A DNA stretch of 64,000 nt from the human T2T-CHM13v2.0 reference genome, Homo sapiens, in NCBI RefSeq assembly GCF_009914755.1, contig NC_060925.1, one strand, 5' to 3'. The notes under the pieces are model-generated. The model searched no databases. It was not told the DNA's origin and was given only the letters and a program-made list of their open reading frames with translations. Each line of letters starts with the position of its first letter. Within the stretch, counting starts at the first letter, position 1. Below are positions 58,099-64,000 of this stretch, piece after piece. Made by a program: the position numbers and the translations under genes.

Positions 58099-59121
58099 CC
58101 AAAATTCACAAATGGGACCTAATTAAACTAAAGAGCTTCTGCACAGCAAAAGAAACTATCATCAGAGTGAAAAGGCAACCTACAGAATGGGAGTAAATTT
58201 TTGCAATCTATCCATCTGACAAAGGGATAATATCCAGAATCTACAAAGAACTTAAAAAAAATTACAAGGAAAAGACAAACAATCCCATCAAAAAGTGGGC
58301 AAAGAATATGAACAGACACTTCTCTAAAAAAGACACTTATGTGGCCAGCAAACATACGAAAAGAAGCTCATTGTCACTGGTCATTAGAGAAATGCAAATC
58401 AAAACCACAATGAGATACCATCTCATGTCAGTTAGAATGGCGATCATTAAAAAGTCAGGAAACAACAGATGCTGGAGAGGATGTAGAGAAATAAAAATGC
58501 TTTTACACTGTTGGTGGGAGTGTGAATTAGTTCAACCATCGTGGAAGACAGTGTGATGATTCTTCAAGGATCTAGAACCAGAAATACCATTTGGCCTAGC
58601 AATTCCATTACTGGGTATATACCCAAAGGATTATAAATCATTCTAGTATAAAGACATGTGCACACATATGTTTACTGCAGCACTGTTCACAATAGCAAAG
58701 ACTTGGAACCAATCCAAATGCCCATCAATGATAGACTGGATAAAGAAAATGTGTCACATATACACCATGGAATACTATGCAGCCATAAAAAGAGGATGAG
58801 TTCATGTCCTTTGCAGGGACATGGATGAAGCTGGAAACCATCATTCTCAGCAAACTAACACAAGAACAGAAAACCAAACACCACATGTTCTCACTCATGT
58901 GTGGGAGTTGAACAATGAAGACACATGGACATGGGGAGGCGAACATCACACACCATGGCCTTTTGGGGGATGAGGGGTTAGGGGAGGGATAGCATTAGGA
59001 GAAATACCTAATGTAGATGACGGTTTGATGGGTGCAGCAAAACACCATGACATGTGTATACCTATATAACAAAACTGCACGTTCTGCACATGTATCTCAG
59101 AACTTAAAATGTAATAATAAA
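58099..59121 (+). mobile_element. 5'-truncated L1PA (L1PA7-like)
   Basis: ORF2 C-terminus ([14 protein letters not shown]...NNRCWRGC...LLHCWWEC), 3' UTR cctaatgtagatgacggtttgatgggtgcagca; degenerate TSD aataaatagttaaaaa / aataagagttaaaaa. Confidence 0.9.
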
Positions 59122-61576
59122 ATAAGAGTTAAAAATTGTTCACTTATCATTTTCATCATAATTGGCATTTTTAAAAATCACAGATATTCTCAATATTATA
59201 CATATTAATATTTTGCATTTGAAGTGAAAAGCTGAGGTTCTTCAAAGTACAGAATGTATCTGTGGTGTATTGATGAGAAAAATCACTTGAAATCATAAAC
59301 AAATGTCTTGCTACAATTTGTAATATCAGAAAAATTTTGTATTTAATTTTAATACTTAATTCAAAAATTTGTGTTGTCCTCTTTTTCTTGAAAGCCAGCT
59401 TAAATCATCTCAGAATAGTATTTTTTCAGATCTTTTGCCAGTTTCCTTACAGAATAAAATGAGAAGTAAACTCAGTGGCCACAGTTTATATATCCAGTTA
59501 CCAGTAATTTTATTAAGACTTGATCAAGATAAAGATATATAATTTTAACAACTATCTTCTATGATTAACTTTGATTCACATTTCCATTATACTTATTCAT
59601 GCTATATAAATGGTAGTCTATATATATTGATGCCTATGCATTTTTGTATTCTACTCACTAAACAATCACTAACAAATGAAAATCTCTTATTTTGTGTCAT
59701 GAATTTTCAATATTAAATTGAAGAAAATATCATCAAGCTACAGTTTAACTTTGAGATGTAAAGAGCTGAAAACAAAAGGAAAAGCATTGCTTCCTCAAAA
59801 AAACTGAAATTCAGTATTTTTCATAATCCTAGTAGAGGACTGAGGTTGCAGAGAAATGAATAATCCAAAATCTGGAGAGAGATGAACACCTGCAGGAAGA
59901 AACAAAACTAGAGTGACTAGAACATTTGCTTACCTGTCGTAGAGGCCACAGAACACCATAGAAACTAGTAAGAAGCTGCAGCTTGGAATTTTAAGAATTC
60001 CTTAAAGTCAAGTGTGGGCTAGCATGAGAGTGTGAAGATACTGCAGGTTACAGAAAGAAAGTCAACGCCTCCCTTTCATGTTTTTCCTTCAAGAAATTCT
60101 CTAAGAGCTCACAGGCTCACAGGGAAGAGAAGAGAGAGTCCAGAGAAAGCTTTCTTTGTGGTGATGACTCAGGGGAAACGGAACGGTGGACAGTGCTGAA
60201 ATTCCATCCATGATCATTTTGCTATATCCCCTAAGGAATCAGATCTATAATCTTCAAGGAAATAGCCAAAAACTCAAAAATAAACAAATAAATCAAAAAA
60301 CAAAGAAACAAAACCCTCAAATCTACAACCTGTGTGCACCGGTGGAAACTCACTGCCAGTTGGGAATAGAAATAAAAAAAAAAGAAAAAGCGCCACTTTG
60401 GAAGAGGGGCAGGAATACATGCCAGCATTGCATCTGTAAGTGGACAGGAACATTTGTGAAGGCCACACGCAAGATTCAGGTTTACAGTACTTTCCTAAAA
60501 CTATGGCTTAATTAAAAAATTTCATTCCACTACCCACCACCCACACAATAAAAAGCACCAAGGAAAACTAACAATAAAATACATAGAGAGAAGGGATTAT
60601 TCTCTCTGGGAATCAGCACAAGGGAAGACCCGAGGTCAAGTGAGCAGTACATTCATTCACCAGATGAATTTGAGGTCTCTGGTCCTCTGTCACCATAGCA
60701 ACAATAAACTCCAAACCCACCCCAATTTCCTACTAGAGGAAAACAAACCCCTATACTAAAGGCCTACTACAGAAAAACATATAGGCATCTCAAAATATTT
60801 TCTTTGTTATCTACCATTCTATATAACAAGTATAGTTTTCAACAACAACAACATATAAAAACTCAAAACACACAAAAATCACAGTCTGAAAATATAAAGC
60901 AATAATCAGAACCAGATTCAGATATGTTACAAATATTGTTATGATCAGACAAAGTCAAAAAATCACAATGATAGATACATTGAGGCCTCTATTGGACAAG
61001 GCAGATATATGATAAAGCAGATAGGTAATTTTATCAGAGAGGGAAACTGTAAGAAAAACCAGTGGAAAATATTAGAAGTTTAAAACACAGTAACATAAGT
61101 AAAGAGAGTCTTCAACAGGCTCATCAGCAGACTTGACTCAGAGAAGAAAAGAATCAGTGAATCTGAAAATAAGTTAATAAAAATTACCCAATTTGAATGC
61201 AAAAATAAAAAAGAAAACAAACAAAAACAGAACTGAGTATTCAAAAGTTGTAGGACAATGATGAATTAAAATAGAGACATAATAGATACAGTAAATAAAA
61301 CCAAACGCTGATTATTTGAAAAGATCAAGAAAGTGGATGAACCTCTAGTCAGGCAAACCCAAAAAAGAATGAGAGAAGACACAAACTGCCAATATCAGGA
61401 AGAAATGAGTGGACTTCACTACCAAATCCATCGACAGTGAAAGTATAGTGAAAGGATGCTATGGATAAGTCTATGCCTATAAAGTTAATAATTCATATAA
61501 AAGACAGGAATTAGCAAAAATTAATCAGGAAGAAATAGATCATTGGGTTAGTCATATGTGTATGACTTCAAATACT

Positions 61577-61667
61577 TATATATATGTGTATACATATGGG
61601 TGTATATATATGTATATGTGTGTATGTATATGTATGTGTGTGTGTATATATATATGTATATATATAT
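61577..61667. repeat. Compound (TA)/(TG) microsatellite
   Basis: Seen directly. Confidence 0.9.
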
Positions 61668-62019
61668 TCAATTTGAATATGCATTTGAATTTGAAGTAAA
61701 CACCTTCCAAAAAGGAAACTAGGACTATATACTTACACTGGTGAATTTTATCCAACAGTAATATAAGAAATAATGTCAATTCTACATGATATTTTCCAGA
61801 ATGAATCAGAGAATGAAATACTTACCAACTTATTTTATAATGTCAGATATGCCTTAATATCAAAAAGAGACAAAGATAAAAAAAGATATAAAACAATAAT
61901 CACCATGGACATATATACAAAAATGCTCAAAAAAATACAAGTAAATAAAATTCAGCAATATATTTTTAAAGCGGATAATAAATTACAATCAAATGGGGTT
62001 CAGCATAAAAAAGTAAGGC

Positions 62020-62198
62020 TGTTTCAACTGAATTGTATGTCTCAAAATTTAGATGTTGAGTTTCTAACTCCCAAAGTAAATGTATTTGGAAATAGGACCT
62101 TTAAAGAGGTCATTAAGATTCAGTGAGGTTATAAGGGTAGTACCCTAATCCACTATGGGCAGTGACGTATAAAACTAGGAAGAGGCGGTACAAGGGAT

Positions 62199-62263
<65 letters not shown>

Positions 62264-62450
62264 CAGAGAGAGTAAAGGCTATGTGAAAATAGCAAGAAGA
62301 TGGCTACCTGCTAGCTAAGGAAAGAGACCTCAATAAAAACCAAGCCTGTCAATACCTTGATCTTGGACTTCCAGCAACCAGAAGTGTGAGAAAATAAATT
62401 TCTATTGTTTACTCTCTGTGCTGTCTTGCCATAGCAACTCTAGCAATTCA
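62020..62450 (+). mobile_element. MaLR solo LTR, MLT1B/MLT1A1-like
   Basis: actgaattg...gtatttggaaataggacctttaaagagg; ccttgatcttggacttccagc; gtgagaaaataaatt. Confidence 0.8.
62200..62272. repeat. (CA)24 followed by (GA)n microsatellite
   Basis: Seen directly; perfect CA run 62200-62247. Confidence 0.98.
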
Positions 62451-63165
62451 TCGTATTAGCTGACAAAGTCAAACAACAGCAAAAACCACAAACTCATGAT
62501 TATCACAATAGAGGTAGGAAAAGCATTTGCTAAATTCACGTTTATTCATAACAAAAAGTGTAAAACTCTTGCAAGTCTAAGAATCAAAGGTAACTTCTTT
62601 TTACAAAAGGAACATATTTTTCCTATATGGTAAGGATCATCTATAAAAACCTACAGCTAACATTACATTTAATGGTAATACACTAAATGCTTCACCCCAA
62701 GTTAAAGATACTCTCCCTCATCACTTTTATTCAACGTCACACTGAAAGTTTTGGCCAATGCAATAAGCGAAGAATAAAAAACATAGTTTACAAGTAAAGA
62801 AATAAAACTATCTGTATTTGCAGAGGGCATAATTTTCCATATAAAAAAATCCAAATGTTATTTTAGCAAGCCCCTCTAACCAAGAGTTGAGTTTATCAAG
62901 GTCATAAGTTACAAGGTCAATACATAAATATCAACTGGATTTCAATATACCAGCAATAAACAAATGTAGTTACAATTTTAAAAAATTCATTTATTATAGC
63001 CCCCAAAAGTGAAGCATTTAGATATATCTAACAATATTTGCTAGACCTGTAAGTTGACAATTACAAAACACTGATGAGAGAAGTCAAAGGAAAGCTATAA
63101 TCGGAGATACATGCAATGTTTCTGATTTGGAAAGCTCAATATTGATAATATACCAATTCTCCCTA

Positions 63166-63316
<151 letters not shown>

Positions 63317-64000
63317 TAATATTGTTATAAGCTAATTTTAAAATGTATATGAAAAGATGAAAGAAGAATGGTCAAAACAATTTTAGCAAAGAACATATTT
63401 GGGACACTAATATTTTCCAATTTCCAGGCTCACTATAAAGCTACAGTAATCTTGACAGTATGGTCTTTGCGAATATACAGACACATAGATTAATGGAACA
63501 GAATAGATAGCCCAGAAATAGACTGACAAAACTTAGACAATTGAATTTTGATTAAGATATTAAAACAGTTTGATGGAGAAAAGTATTTTCAACAAGTTGC
63601 AAACCAATAGAATGTTCATATGCAACCTAATAAACCTCAACACATGTCTCACACTTTACAGCAATGTTATCTCAAATAAATCACAGCTCTCAATGTAAAA
63701 TTTAAACCTATAACACTAGTAAAAGAAAATGTAGGACAAAATATGCATGACCTTGGATTTGGCAATTAGATTTTAAATACGATGGCAAAATCACAATTCA
63801 TGAAAGAAGCTGATAAACTAGACTTCATTAAATTAAAATTTTTGCTCTGCAAAATAAGCTATTAAGAGAATAGCTTACATATTGGGAGCAAATATTTCCC
63901 AATAACATATAGAAGATTCATATAAAATATTAAGAACATTTATAACTCAACAATAACACACTTAAAAATAGCAGATCTGATAAATACTCCTTCAAAAAGA

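Overview
AT-rich, repeat-dense primate genomic DNA (AluY, THE1B/C and L1PA copies point to an anthropoid, plausibly human/ape). I see no supportable protein-coding exon, tRNA, rRNA or CRISPR array. The listed ORFs are L1/MaLR/Alu remnants or chance ORFs. Most of the window is nested transposon debris: several old L1s, a near full-length L1PA15-like copy, two full-length THE1 proviruses, solo LTRs (MLT1, MLT2A, MER21, MER31, LTR1-like), five Alus plus one Alu fragment, MIR/L2 and hAT MITEs. Subfamily names come from my recall of consensus sequences, and boundaries of old elements are approximate. The main structure that repeats do not explain is a 316-bp inverted repeat of apparently unique sequence (8848-9163 / 11398-11713; 310/316 identical, no indels) around a 2.2-kb spacer, a candidate flippable inversion. 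Other candidates: an enhancer-like block (~13.2-13.76 kb) followed by a YAG|GTAAGA recursive-splice-like motif (13951/13952); an orphan poly(A)-tailed insert inside a MER58A; four intact DUX4-type motifs in ERVL/MaLR LTRs within ~10 kb; and an L1 with twin-priming geometry. None of these is proven novel from sequence alone.
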